A stretch of 64,000 bases of DNA from Candidatus Poribacteria bacterium. GTDB taxonomy: Bacteria; Poribacteria; WGA-4E; PCPOR2b. Below the pieces are notes generated by a model that had not been told where the DNA came from, did not search any database, and worked only from the letters and a program-made list of their open reading frames with translations. The translations under genes were made by a program, and so were the position numbers. Location: positions 2,368,001 to 2,432,000 of the forward strand of contig OZ244042.1 in the NCBI GenBank assembly GCA_965215015.1, written 5' to 3'. Position 1 is the stretch's first letter. Every line of letters begins with the position of its first letter. Of the stretch, positions 38,736 through 49,225 are shown piece after piece.

Positions 38736-40094
38736 ATGAAACAACAATTCAAACCAAACATATTAATCATCGACGATGAAGCCAGCATCTGCGAATCCCT
38801 ACAAGGTGTTTTAGAAGACGAGGGGTACAACGCCGTAACGGCTTCCAGTGGCGAAATGGGGATTCACTCCCTTGCGAGTGAGTCGATTGACTTGGTGTTT
38901 CTGGATATTTTGATGCCCGGTGGTCTTGACGGGCTTGAAACACTACGCCGAATTAAGCAAATATCCCCCGATACAGAAGTCATCATGATCACCGGCCACG
39001 GTACTTTTGAGCTTGCATTGGAGGCAGGGAGCATGGGGGCACTTGACTTCTTGGGAAAGCCCCTTTCGCTCGATATTATACTGGATAAAGTGAAAGAAGT
39101 TGTCCAGAAAATTGAACGCAGGCGGACACAACCAGCACAGGACAACAGTGATTTTGAACGTCCGATTATCGGTACTAGCCAACCGATGCAAGAAATCTTG
39201 ACAAAAATCCGACAAATTGCGCCGACCAATGGACGCGTCCTCATCACCGGCGAGAGTGGTACCGGCAAGGAATTGATTGCTTACGCGATTCATAACCTTA
39301 GTTTAAGGCATAAATCTGCTTTTGTCAAAGTAAATTGTGCGGCTATCCCGGCGGATCTCATTGAATCCGAGCTTTTTGGACATGAACGCGGTGCTTTCAC
39401 CGGCGCATCAAGCCGGCGCATCGGGAAATTTGAGCAGGCTGATGGGGGCACAATTTTTCTCGACGAAATTGCCGATATGAGTCCATCAACACAAGCAAAG
39501 GTGCTCCGTATCCTTGGGGAACAAGAATTTGAGCGGGTTGGTGGTGGACAAACCGTTCATGTTGATGTCCGTGTCATTTCTGCGACGAACAAAAACTTGC
39601 AGGAGGAGATTCAGAACCACAACTTTCGTGAGGATCTCTACTACCGATTGAATGTTGTGCCTCTCCACATCTTGCCTTTGCGCGAGCGAGTTACAGATCT
39701 CCCTTTACTCATTGATTATTTTTTGTCTCGATTCTGTCGAGAAAATCAGAAGCCGAAAATGACGATGCACAAAAATGTGCAGGAGGTTCTGAGCAGATAT
39801 AGCTGGCCCGGCAATGTCCGAGAACTTCGCAATATGATAGAGCGGCTTGTCATCCTGTGTCCGCGTGAAACCATTGAGGTTGACGACTTACCTGTGGAAC
39901 TCAATCGCCGCGACAATCTGTCTCAGATCAGCACCGAGATACCACTCAGAGAGGCGAAAAACAAATTTGAGCACCATTTTATCCGAAACTGTCTTCAGAC
40001 AAACGACTGGAATGTTACTGAAACTGCTAGGCAGCTTGGTATTGAGCGCACGAATTTGCATCGCAAAATGCGGCAATATAATATAAAGCGTTGA
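38736..40094 (+). CDS. sigma54-dependent response regulator (NtrC/NtrX family)
   Basis: Receiver LDILMP; GESGTGKE; GAFTGA; FLDEI; C-terminal HTH. Confidence 0.95.
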   Translation: MKQQFKPNILIIDDEASICESLQGVLEDEGYNAVTASSGEMGIHSLASESIDLVFLDILMPGGLDGLETLRRIKQISPDTEVIMITGHGTFELALEAGSMGALDFLGKPLSLDIILDKVKEVVQKIERRRTQPAQDNSDFERPIIGTSQPMQEILTKIRQIAPTNGRVLITGESGTGKELIAYAIHNLSLRHKSAFVKVNCAAIPADLIESELFGHERGAFTGASSRRIGKFEQADGGTIFLDEIADMSPSTQAKVLRILGEQEFERVGGGQTVHVDVRVISATNKNLQEEIQNHNFREDLYYRLNVVPLHILPLRERVTDLPLLIDYFLSRFCRENQKPKMTMHKNVQEVLSRYSWPGNVRELRNMIERLVILCPRETIEVDDLPVELNRRDNLSQISTEIPLREAKNKFEHHFIRNCLQTNDWNVTETARQLGIERTNLHRKMRQYNIKR

Positions 40095-40156
40095 TGTAAT
40101 GAGATGCTGTGAGCAGCGACAGCTTACTCAGCTGCACAATGAAAGGAGAAAGAAGT

Positions 40157-40351
40157 ATGGAAATAAAAGTTTACAATAACAACGTCGAGAAAGCACTGAG
40201 GGATTTGAAACGGAAGCTCCAGAGAGACGGTTTTATCACAGAGCTCAGAAACAGGCGTTTCTATGAAAAGCCTTCCGAAAAAAGGAATCGAAAACAGAAA
40301 GAAGCAAAAAGAAAAAGGGCAAAGGCTCGAAACTTTGAACGTTTGGGGTAA
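40157..40351 (+). CDS. rpsU: 30S ribosomal protein S21
   Basis: AAGGAG RBS; [11 protein letters not shown]...[11 protein letters not shown]. Confidence 0.92.
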   Translation: MEIKVYNNNVEKALRDLKRKLQRDGFITELRNRRFYEKPSEKRNRKQKEAKRKRAKARNFERLG

Positions 40352-40424
40352 GTAATCGTACAATAAGTAATCGTACAAATGGAACACTTCACACTACTCC
40401 CTATGCGTTAAAGGAGGCATTTCC

Positions 40425-41462
40425 ATGAATACAATGAAAGCCGCGATTTACACAGGTATTGAGCAGATTAGCATCCAAGAGGTCGAATACACTTCCCCAG
40501 CACCGGGGTACGTCGGAATTGATACAAAGCAGACCGGCATCTGCGGGAGTGATTTGCACAACTATTTTGGGCACTGGGATCAATCCCATACCCACGCCGC
40601 CGGGCACGAGACCTGCGGCACTGTCATCGAACTGGGTGAAGGTGTCACAGGGCTTCAACCGGGTGATAAGGTTGCCATCGAATTTTTTTCCCACTGTGGA
40701 GGCTGCCTCTACTGCCGAAAAGGCTATTACAATCACTGTCTGGAACGTAAATGGATATCACACAATGCCCACGGGGGCTTCGCGGAATACACCAATGCCC
40801 ACATTTCAGGACTCTTTAAGCTGCCAGAAAGTATGAGTTTTGAGGAAGGGGCTTTGGTTGAGCCACTTGCAGTCTCCTACCGTGCCGTGGGGCAAGCCAA
40901 CGCAACCTATCAGGACCGAGTTGCAATCATTGGCGGCGGAACCATCGGGCAATTCGCCCTCGCAGCAGCGGTAGCGGCAGGTGTCAAGGAGACTTTAATC
41001 ACCGTCAAGTATGATCAGCAAACTCAGCTGGCAAAAGAGTTGGGGGCTGACCATGTGGTTCACATTGGCGAAACGGACCTCAAAGAGTATGTCAATGACT
41101 TGACGAGTGGTTTAGGAATGGACGCTGTGATTGAAACTGTTGGTGGGGGAGACAACTTTGATGCTGCAATGGGCATCGTCCGACGACATGGCACAGTTGT
41201 GCTCGTTGCAGGGTATTTCGAGCCGCTAGAAGTAGATTTGAGCCGTATCGTCTGGTCGGAGGCGATTGTCACCGGCTCCAATTGTTACGGCTACACCGGC
41301 ATGGACACCGATTTCGATGCGGCTATTGAACTCATCTCGTCGGGTAAGGTTGATGCGACCAAATTGGTGACCCACCGCTATCCGCTGGAGGACGTTGTTG
41401 AAGCGTTCAGAGTCTCTGCTGACAAGTGCTCCGGCGCAATCAAAGTGCATTTGTGTCAGTAA
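40425..41462 (+). CDS. Zn-dependent alcohol dehydrogenase (MDR)
   Basis: GICGSD, GHE, CxxCxxCx7C, GGGTIG. Confidence 0.93.
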   Translation: MNTMKAAIYTGIEQISIQEVEYTSPAPGYVGIDTKQTGICGSDLHNYFGHWDQSHTHAAGHETCGTVIELGEGVTGLQPGDKVAIEFFSHCGGCLYCRKGYYNHCLERKWISHNAHGGFAEYTNAHISGLFKLPESMSFEEGALVEPLAVSYRAVGQANATYQDRVAIIGGGTIGQFALAAAVAAGVKETLITVKYDQQTQLAKELGADHVVHIGETDLKEYVNDLTSGLGMDAVIETVGGGDNFDAAMGIVRRHGTVVLVAGYFEPLEVDLSRIVWSEAIVTGSNCYGYTGMDTDFDAAIELISSGKVDATKLVTHRYPLEDVVEAFRVSADKCSGAIKVHLCQ

Positions 41463-41520
41463 ATTTTTAACAGCATAGCTCTGCCCATCACTAGGCGTTA
41501 ATCACTTTTCCTCTAAATTA

Positions 41521-42117
41521 TTATGCCCTTAACGCCTCTCGCAACTCATGGGTTGATTCCGCAAGTGTTCCACGTAAGTAACGCACCGAGTGTTCCGCGC
41601 TTCGATTCGGTGGCGGTTCATTGGCAAGGGCAAGCTTGAGGTTAATGAGGGTGGGTCCTGCCTCCGCCAAAATTGACGGTAGCAAAGCATCTAGTGAATC
41701 CGGGGCGTCGAATTCATAAAATTTCTCAAATCCAGCACCGCGTGCAATGGTTGTAAAACTGAAATTCTGCCCGCCCGGGATAGGTTGATTTCCCGTTACC
41801 TCATACGAGCCATTTTCGCACACAAAAAGGTAGTAGTTGTGTGCAGGTTTATTTAGCGCGGTTACGGTTGCTAGTGTCCCCAAACACATTAACATGCTGC
41901 CATCCCCGTTGAGGACAAGTACTTTTTTATCTGGTCTCGCTAGTGCAATTCCTAACCCGAAGTCCGCTGCGTGTCCCATCGCACTGCCGACGGAGGCATA
42001 GTCGAGCGGATGCTCTGAAATCAGCCCCCAGGGTACGGTGACCCCCATCGTTGCAATGACAACCTCGTCCGTGCGGTGCTTCGCAATGACTTTCAGGCAT
42101 TCCTCCTTATTGAACAT
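41521..42117 (-). CDS. TPP-binding beta subunit, sulfopyruvate/phosphonopyruvate decarboxylase-like
   Basis: AMGH, GDGSMLM, ENGSYEVTGNQP. Confidence 0.8.
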   Translation of the reverse strand: MFNKEECLKVIAKHRTDEVVIATMGVTVPWGLISEHPLDYASVGSAMGHAADFGLGIALARPDKKVLVLNGDGSMLMCLGTLATVTALNKPAHNYYLFVCENGSYEVTGNQPIPGGQNFSFTTIARGAGFEKFYEFDAPDSLDALLPSILAEAGPTLINLKLALANEPPPNRSAEHSVRYLRGTLAESTHELREALRA

Positions 42118-42136
42118 AATTTAACTCCTTTCAGCC

Positions 42137-43393
42137 TTACTCTTTTGATTCTTGTGGGGTAAACTGGATCACTGGTAGGGTTCGGATCTCCGTTGCCATT
42201 GCCTGAACGTATTGCTCAAACGCCTCCGGCGTCGCTATTTCAGCTGGTTCTTCCCCCAAAGCAGAAACAATTCGGTAGAAAACTTCATCGTGGTGATCAA
42301 GCTGCATTAATATAGTCTGTCCCACCTCTGAATTTAAAAATGTGTCAAACCTCTCTACCGGATAAATAACCCCAAAGCCGCTTTCAGGGGTGTTTGGCGT
42401 TTCTGCCTCCCAGTTCCATACCCAACCATCTTTCTTATTTCTGACCGGGGTGTTCCCGCGGTTCGGCAGACGGATTGCAACGCGGTATCTGTCTCCTAAC
42501 CCTTGAGCATTGATACGGTGTTCTCCCCACTGGTGCCCAGCATAGATTGAAAAAGTGGACGTGAAAGAAATCTCTAGGTCTGACGACAAAGCCCAATCAG
42601 GTATAATTCGCTGTACGATTGATCTTACGGGTCCATCAGCCAAAATGCGCACATAATCCCTTTGATTTTCAAAAGGGATTAGTGTTTGCGCGTCCATATC
42701 CCAAAGCCCGTATCCACTTCCGCCCCTAACTCCCGCTGTCGTAAGAAGTGGTGTCAGAATTTCCTCATCTGAATCTGATGGCTTTGTCGTCTGGCGAACA
42801 AACTGGTCAAGAAACAATCCCTTTGTTTTCTTTCCGTAGGCGTCAATTGAACCGTTAGAATGAAGGAGGTAGGCAATCCATTCTGATTCTAATGCGGCAA
42901 ATCCCTCTAACTCCGGGAATATCCCCGCCCGCGTCTGCCGGGTAAACCCAAGTGTGACCGACATCTGGTTATCGGGAGCATAGCGAATCGTGATACCCTT
43001 TGTTTCCTGCGACTCAAGGTCTACAAGAAAGACCAGCTCGTCTTTCTGACCGTCGTAGTTTGTGTCGTCTGCTTGGCTTGGAATCTCGATCTGAGCCGGT
43101 GGTTGCCCTGAAACGACTAGATAGGCATCAAATGAAAAGTCGGAGGCAACCTGCCTCAGTTCAGCAAGCGACAGCACAATCGGCACATTGACGCGCTTGA
43201 CCGGTAGGGTATTCTGTATGGTCAGTTGAATCTGTGGGATGTCACGGTTTTGACCGCCGGGGAAATTACAGCCAGCAATCCACAGCAATAGCAAGCCAAA
43301 ACCTAAATAATGGAAAGCCCTCTTTAGATGATAAAGATGGGGTCTTTTGCAGAGTTTCCGCTCTTTTTCTGAATTGGTGAACAAACCGGTCAA
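42137..43393 (-). CDS. Lipoprotein, DUF4861-like
   Basis: Lipobox IAGC; PSQADD..DGQKDELVF; IDAYGK; ADGPVRS. Confidence 0.7.
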   Translation of the reverse strand: MTGLFTNSEKERKLCKRPHLYHLKRAFHYLGFGLLLLWIAGCNFPGGQNRDIPQIQLTIQNTLPVKRVNVPIVLSLAELRQVASDFSFDAYLVVSGQPPAQIEIPSQADDTNYDGQKDELVFLVDLESQETKGITIRYAPDNQMSVTLGFTRQTRAGIFPELEGFAALESEWIAYLLHSNGSIDAYGKKTKGLFLDQFVRQTTKPSDSDEEILTPLLTTAGVRGGSGYGLWDMDAQTLIPFENQRDYVRILADGPVRSIVQRIIPDWALSSDLEISFTSTFSIYAGHQWGEHRINAQGLGDRYRVAIRLPNRGNTPVRNKKDGWVWNWEAETPNTPESGFGVIYPVERFDTFLNSEVGQTILMQLDHHDEVFYRIVSALGEEPAEIATPEAFEQYVQAMATEIRTLPVIQFTPQESKE

Positions 43394-43482
43394 GATGCTT
43401 CCTCCCTGCTAAACAAAATAACCGATCTGCAAAGAAAAGTCAAGACTCATCTGATGATAAAACTCGCGTGGCTTGGTATAAC

Positions 43483-43759
43483 TAGGGCATGTTGACATTT
43501 CACTAGCACCAATTCGGCAAACGTTGTTACCGTCGGGCAAGCCGACATCAACGGAACTCGTCGGTCGAGATTCATATCTCAACAGAATACTGTCCCACTA
43601 CAATCTTGGTTCAATCCGCCTGGACTCTCGCTCTAGAGTCTAGGTCTTGTCGATTTTGGAAAATCGACCGACAACAGGGCGACCACGAGGGGTGCCCCTA
43701 CAACAATGGTCTCAAATAGGTCGAGATGGATTCAGTTTGTCAAATGTCAACAGAACCTA
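43483..43759. mobile_element. MITE with TAGG..TGTTGACATTT TIRs
   Basis: TAGGGCATGTTGACATTT ... AAATGTCAACAGAACCTA; related copy at 62313-62611. Confidence 0.6.
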
Positions 43760-43842
43760 AGAACCTGTTTTGACAATAGGTGGCAAAGCCATTTTAGATC
43801 ATTTGAAGAATTTGCCCCAAAATGGACCTGCTCAAAAACGGA

Positions 43843-44568
43843 TTTGAAATGTTTGACGGATTCTTAACCATCATGATTTTGCCAATCGATTTCATCAAGT
43901 GTCTCTGCAGTCAGCACTTTCTCAAAGAGCGAATCCAAACAGGAGAGACTCCGTATCAAGCTAATCTGACTGGTTACAGATTCAGGAACGGAATCAAATC
44001 GGAACCGCAGCAGCTTGAGGAGTGCCGCCTGTTTCGCTTGGGCCTCACCCTGTTCAATGCCTTGTTCAATGCCTTGGGCTTTGCCCCGTTCAATGAGATG
44101 CTCTGCCATTGTCTGCGCCATGAATCCTACCTCCTCTCTATCTGAAGGCTCTTGAATATGTTGGTCTACAAGTCTGCTTAACTCTTCTTTGAAATGTTTG
44201 ACGGATTCTTAACCATCATGATTTTGCCAATCGATTTCATCAAGTGTCTCTGCGGTCAGCACTTTCTCAAAAAGCGAATCCAAACGCGACAGACTCCGTA
44301 TCAAGCTAATCTGACTGGTTACAGATTCAGGAACGGAATCAAATCGGAACCGCAGCAGCTTGAGGAGTGCCGCCTGTTTCGCCTGGGCCTCACCCTGTTC
44401 AATGCCTTGTTCAATACCTTGTTCAATACCTTGGGCTTTGCCCTGTTCAATGCCTTGGGCTTTGCCCCGTTCAATGAGATGCTCTGCCATTGTCTGCGCC
44501 ATGAATCCTACCTCCTCTCTATCTGAAGATTCTTGAATATGTTGGTCTACAAGTCTGCTTAACTCTTC
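43843..44568. repeat. Tandem duplication of the rpn 3' end (43843-44187 and 44188-44568)
   Basis: Near-identical copies differing by 36 bp in the GIEQ/GKAQ repeat tract. Confidence 0.92.
43864..44121 (-). CDS. Stand-alone copy of the Rpn C-terminal domain (RpnS-like)
   Basis: GAGGAGG RBS and ATG; near-identical to the Rpn C-terminus. Confidence 0.7.
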   Translation of the reverse strand: MAQTMAEHLIERGKAQGIEQGIEQGEAQAKQAALLKLLRFRFDSVPESVTSQISLIRSLSCLDSLFEKVLTAETLDEIDWQNHDG

Positions 44569-45327
44569 GTGCTCCGCCACAGGACGACGATGTAATATCA
44601 GCAAAAGCAGATAGGATATCGCCCGACGACGCTGCCGCGCTTGCGTTTCACCAAGAGTATTGATGTGCAACATCGCTTCGATTAACGCACCCCTTATCAC
44701 TTCCTTGGACCCATCTTCCTTTTGCAAAACCGTTAACAACCACCCAAGCGGATGGTCAGTCCGCGTCAGGATCGCCTCATCTGTCTCCTTCACACTGAGA
44801 AACAGGGTGTCGAACTTCGGGACAAACCGAGAAAACACATCGGAAGTGTCCATGACTGCATCGAGGGTCAATGGGGTGCTCCATCTCTGTTCGCCGGTGT
44901 AAAATACAATCGGGAGAATCGGACGGAAACGCCACTGACTTTTGGGAACATTGTTGGATTCCCACTCCCTGCGTTGGGCATCCCAAATCTGGGTCATGTA
45001 GAACAGCACCCGAAATCCCATTATCGCATCGACGGTGGATTGGTGTTCGATGAGGATATAGATTAGCAGTTCGTCGGTTTCGGATTCGCTATGCAGTGGC
45101 ACGCTAAATACGAGGTCCGATTCCTGCTGTCGGAGGTTGTCGGTTATAAAACTCCTGTTCATCTGTGCGAGTTGGGTAAAATCGATGAGTTCTACCAGTT
45201 CGGTTGCGAGGATTTCTAACAATCCTCGGACGTTGTGTTTATCTTGGAACAACCATCGGGCACTCCGGTCGGGGAAGTGTTCAATGTGTATGTCGAAAAA
45301 ATTGAGTATTTCTGTTGCTTCTACCAT
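44209..45327 (-). CDS. Rpn family recombination-promoting nuclease / putative transposase
   Basis: SFITDNLRQQESDLVF, YILIEHQST, PILPIVFYTG, GIEQG repeats. Confidence 0.92.
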   Translation of the reverse strand: MVEATEILNFFDIHIEHFPDRSARWLFQDKHNVRGLLEILATELVELIDFTQLAQMNRSFITDNLRQQESDLVFSVPLHSESETDELLIYILIEHQSTVDAIMGFRVLFYMTQIWDAQRREWESNNVPKSQWRFRPILPIVFYTGEQRWSTPLTLDAVMDTSDVFSRFVPKFDTLFLSVKETDEAILTRTDHPLGWLLTVLQKEDGSKEVIRGALIEAMLHINTLGETQARQRRRAISYLLLLILHRRPVAEHEELSRLVDQHIQESSDREEVGFMAQTMAEHLIERGKAQGIEQGKAQGIEQGIEQGIEQGEAQAKQAALLKLLRFRFDSVPESVTSQISLIRSLSRLDSLFEKVLTAETLDEIDWQNHDG

Positions 45328-45372
45328 AGCTCCTTAGGTTTTCAAACAGGTTCTAAACAATCAGCCAAATTA

Positions 45373-45576
45373 TAGGGGAATTGCATCTTTTATAGAAATT
45401 AGGCAGTTGAGAAATCAGAAAGTGGAGCTAACCCCTGTCGTGGCGCAGAGACTGGCCTCGATGAAATCAGGGTATCCTTAGCTGTAGGGGCACAGGTTAG
45501 ACAACCTATGGCTACGAATAGATTGCCACTGTCGTATATCAAGGGTCTACACAATAGTTTACATGCGATTGCCCTA
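45373..45576. mobile_element. MITE with ISAs1-like ends
   Basis: TAGGGGAATTGCATC ... ATGCGATTGCCCTA; same left end at 22387 and 34198. Confidence 0.55.
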
Positions 45577-45580
45577 GATG

Positions 45581-46198
45581 TCACCTCAGATCGTCTGACT
45601 CTAATTTCTGATCAATCTGTGATTTTACCTCATCTAGCAGGGGTTGGGCAACATCTGAATCTAACGCCTCATTTGGCTGAATTTCCTCGTCCGGTTCTTC
45701 CGTTTTCAAGAGTTCTGCGAAATCGTACGCGTCCAAATCGATTGCGTCGTACCACTCGGTTTCGGGAAAAAGATCGGTCACAGGGTCTTCTGGCTCGGTG
45801 ATTTCCTGCAAAAGTTGAAGTTTCCTCGACGCTGCTTCCTCTGTTGGAGAAGTTTGCGGGGCATTACTAAAATCTGTTCTTGAAAAATCCCACATTGAAT
45901 CTACCTCATTTCCCTGTTTTTCCGATTGGACACCCTCTGTGTTGTACTGTGAGGGTGTTGATTCTTTTACATAGCTAGGGAAATAAGTGTGCACCTCATC
46001 AGCGTTGAGGAGCTCTGGTTCCCCTCTCAGGATAATCGTGTTCGGTGAATATGCTGCCAATACCCAATCCACCATTTGACGGACCGATACGGCAATGGAA
46101 TGGAAAATTGGGTTCAAGTTGCCGATTGCATCAATCTGAAGCAATCCCAATATTAACAGTAGGGCTAATAGGAAAATGCCGATAAATTTTATCTTCAT
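45581..46198 (-). CDS. Hypothetical membrane-anchored acidic protein
   Basis: GAGGGG RBS; N-terminal TM; acidic low-complexity tail. Confidence 0.7.
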   Translation of the reverse strand: MKIKFIGIFLLALLLILGLLQIDAIGNLNPIFHSIAVSVRQMVDWVLAAYSPNTIILRGEPELLNADEVHTYFPSYVKESTPSQYNTEGVQSEKQGNEVDSMWDFSRTDFSNAPQTSPTEEAASRKLQLLQEITEPEDPVTDLFPETEWYDAIDLDAYDFAELLKTEEPDEEIQPNEALDSDVAQPLLDEVKSQIDQKLESDDLR

Positions 46199-46371
46199 CC
46201 ATGTCCCCTCCTCAATTTTGAAGCGAAAGCCTTTCGACGCAATGCCTACCAGCTTTGAATTCCGTGCATAGTTTTTTTACCTTAACGGATAACGTCCATA
46301 ATTCCTTTAACTTATCATAACATACAATTGTTAAAAAAGTATTAAAATAATGTGAATTCTGAATGAACTAT

Positions 46372-46996
46372 TGACGTACTCCCAAAGCGGAAGCATTGGG
46401 AGTCTTATATGCTATGCTAGCCATGTTTACATAGATGCCAGTGAAACCGGACACCTATCGGGGACGCCATCACCCTAACTACAGGACTCAACAAGCCTCC
46501 TGATACTTTGTTCATACTTTGTTCCAAAGGTTGATTGCACCCACGACGTAATAGATTTTCCCCTTGTCCATAAATAGGGGAGTCTGCTTTTCAGATGGGG
46601 AAATGCCTCTCTGAGCATTCGTGAAGTATAGCCTTTGATTCGTGTAATTGTAGAAGTAATTGCCTTTTGAGGCGGCAAACCGGCTACAAGGTGAACATGA
46701 TCAGGCATAACCTTTATTTCATGACAATATAGCCATAGTTGCTTTGTTGTTCATGAATCAAAGTGTTGAGTCGTAATGCTATATCATGGCTCAAAACAGG
46801 TCTACGGTACTTAGTACACCAGTCGCATCTATACACTGCTGACCTTTGTGGTTATATTGAGTATCTGCATAAAATAAACCTTGCCTTTCTATTAATTATA
46901 TGCAAATATTATAACATAAAAAAATACTATAAAATTAAAAAAATGCGAAAGCACTAAAGCACTATTGTATCCCAAACCTAAAGCATTAGGATTTAG
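46372..46996 (-). pseudogene. tnpA: IS200/IS605 remnant with broken TnpA
   Basis: WCTKYRRPVL, MPDHVHL (HUH), IKGYTSR, LWTRG across frameshifts; subterminal hairpins CTCCCAA..TTGGGAG and ATCC..GGAT; no tnpB. Confidence 0.78.
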
Positions 46997-47052
46997 CACT
47001 AAAATGATTTTTTTTCGTTAAACGCTTGATATGCTTGAATTTGACCGGATAC

Positions 47053-47952
47053 TTATTCAATTGCTTCAATCTGTGCAATGAGCTCCGGCGGTAGATAGTG
47101 CCCGTCAGCCACCGAAGCCGACATTTCCAACTCTTCAATAGATGCCACCCCTGACAGCAAGATAGACACACGCGAATCCGATAGAAGATAACGCAGGGCG
47201 ATATGAGTGATGTCTTCGGGTTGACCTGCCAGTAGGGATTCTACCTGTTCCAACCTATCGTAAAGGTTGGCGAAGCGTCCGCTTTGCATCCACAATTCCC
47301 GTTTTGATCCCAAAAGTCCGGCATGGAGCGGTGAGGCGGTAATTACGGCGACATCGCGCGCCGCCGCGGTGGGGACCAAAATTTCCTGGGCCTCCTGTGT
47401 GAGCAGGTCATACTTGCAAAAAGTGATTATCGAAACAAAGGCATCCGACTCTGTCAAAACATCTCGCATCAACCCAAGATCTGAACCGGTCAAACCGATA
47501 TGCTGGGTCAGTCCTTGCTCCCGGATTTCCAAGAGAGCTTCCAGCGTCCTGCCAGTCCCAAAGATCCCTGCTCTGCCTGCCTGCTCTGCTTCGTGGATTT
47601 GCAGCAAGTCAACCTTATCCCGTTGTAGACGCTTTAGGCTTGATTCAAATCCGCGCCAAACTGTGTCTCGCGTGTAGTCAAACGGCTCCGGGTAGTAGCC
47701 CACTTTGGTCGCTAGGTAGTACGGCTCGGTCACACCTTTCAGGGCAGCCCCCAACACCTCCTCGCTACGTCCCTGACCATAGAGGGGGGCTGTATCAAAA
47801 TAATTAATTCCGAGCTCCAACGCTCGCTCGACAATACGGGCGCCGTAGGAAAACGGCTTTAGCCCGAATTCCGGGCGTCCATAAAACCACGAGCCACCCA
47901 AGCCAATCTCACTGACCTGCCAATCTGTTTTACCAAATCGTCGGTACTGCAT
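47053..47952 (-). CDS. Aldo/keto reductase
   Basis: FDTAPLYG, ATKVG, SLKRLQRDKVDLLQIH. Confidence 0.93.
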   Translation of the reverse strand: MQYRRFGKTDWQVSEIGLGGSWFYGRPEFGLKPFSYGARIVERALELGINYFDTAPLYGQGRSEEVLGAALKGVTEPYYLATKVGYYPEPFDYTRDTVWRGFESSLKRLQRDKVDLLQIHEAEQAGRAGIFGTGRTLEALLEIREQGLTQHIGLTGSDLGLMRDVLTESDAFVSIITFCKYDLLTQEAQEILVPTAAARDVAVITASPLHAGLLGSKRELWMQSGRFANLYDRLEQVESLLAGQPEDITHIALRYLLSDSRVSILLSGVASIEELEMSASVADGHYLPPELIAQIEAIE

Positions 47953-47960
47953 CTTTCCTC

Positions 47961-48974
47961 CTAAAACCCAACTGCTTTCAGCAATCCCTTCAGATAGCCA
48001 ACTGCGTAGACAAAGCCTTGCCCGCCAATTTCGTTTTCGTAAAGCGTGTGGGGACAGTGCCCGGGAAGTAACACACTGTCAAACCCGACCTCTTTGAAGA
48101 CTTGAAGTACAGCAAGAAAATCGCAATCCGCTTCATCTAAGAAGCATTCTTGGAATTTCGGTACTGTTCCTTGAACACCTTGAGCGTGTCCGTAGACGAT
48201 TTGCTCCCGTTCTCCAAAATGACGGATTGCCGCGAGAATATCAGTCCCCATCGCTGTCCAATTTCCAAGACAGAAGTTGAGACCACTCCCCCGGCTGTTA
48301 TTGGCAATGTCCATTGCGCGATGGAATCCATCGAAATCGTGGAATAGCCGCGGGATGCCGCCCAGTTTCTCTAGCGGTGGATCATCTGGATGAAGTGCGA
48401 GCCGGACCCCAGCTGCTTCCGCCTCTGGAAGGACTGCCTTAATGAAATATTCATAATTCTCCCACATCTCATCATCTGTGTATTCCCGGTCACGAAACAG
48501 AGGCGAGTGCTTTGCGATGTCCAAATCAAAACTGCTGACATGCGAACCACCCCGCCCAAGGGTTGTCAGCGAGGTGCGCCAAGAATTCCGCGTCACGCCC
48601 GGTTGGTTGACCATCCAGTGGTAGCCGTAGACCGGAATACTCGCTCTACCCATGTTGCGGATGGTGATAATCACATTCTCAATTTGCTGATCACGTCTCG
48701 GCAGCCCTAGCATCGCTCGATCGTAACAGCACGCCGGAAGCGGATTTTCGATCCCAATGACCCTTAATCCAGCATCCTCGCAACGCTTTCGGACCATTAC
48801 GAGGTCGAGAAAATCCCAATGTGCACCGGGTTTATCAGCGTTCTCAATTGAGAATCGCTGTGCAGCGTCGGGATGAGAAGCGGAACTGAGTACCACGTCG
48901 TCAACACCATACTGTTTTAGAAAATGTAGGTAATCATCCCGTGCATCCAGCCGCGCGTAGGAACAAATCCTCAT
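47961..48974 (-). CDS. Mannonate dehydratase (UxuA)-like
   Basis: MWENYEYFIKAVLPEAE, LALHPDDPP, FCLG. Confidence 0.85.
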   Translation of the reverse strand: MRICSYARLDARDDYLHFLKQYGVDDVVLSSASHPDAAQRFSIENADKPGAHWDFLDLVMVRKRCEDAGLRVIGIENPLPACCYDRAMLGLPRRDQQIENVIITIRNMGRASIPVYGYHWMVNQPGVTRNSWRTSLTTLGRGGSHVSSFDLDIAKHSPLFRDREYTDDEMWENYEYFIKAVLPEAEAAGVRLALHPDDPPLEKLGGIPRLFHDFDGFHRAMDIANNSRGSGLNFCLGNWTAMGTDILAAIRHFGEREQIVYGHAQGVQGTVPKFQECFLDEADCDFLAVLQVFKEVGFDSVLLPGHCPHTLYENEIGGQGFVYAVGYLKGLLKAVGF

Positions 48975-49225
48975 GTCTACCTCCTATGTTGATTAGATAC
49001 AAATTATTATAACCTATCTTTGGGCTGTTTTTGAATCTAAACTTGTAGGATATACCGACTTTTGTGTCGATTTTCGGACTTTGATGTTGACCCCATGCTA
49101 ACTTTCTGCTAAAATGTACCAAAAGTGTAGGTAGATCATTAAGATGGCTTTTTTAATCCTTCGCGCGGAATTGCAATGGTTGAATCATAATCTTTCCTCG
49201 TCAAATAGGGGTAAGGCAAGCAGAG

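Noticed and set aside
40349-40378. 15-bp tandem duplication at the rpsU stop (similar short tandems near 34007, 18381 and 55843)
   Set aside because: Two copies only; likely slippage or an excision footprint, with no functional evidence.
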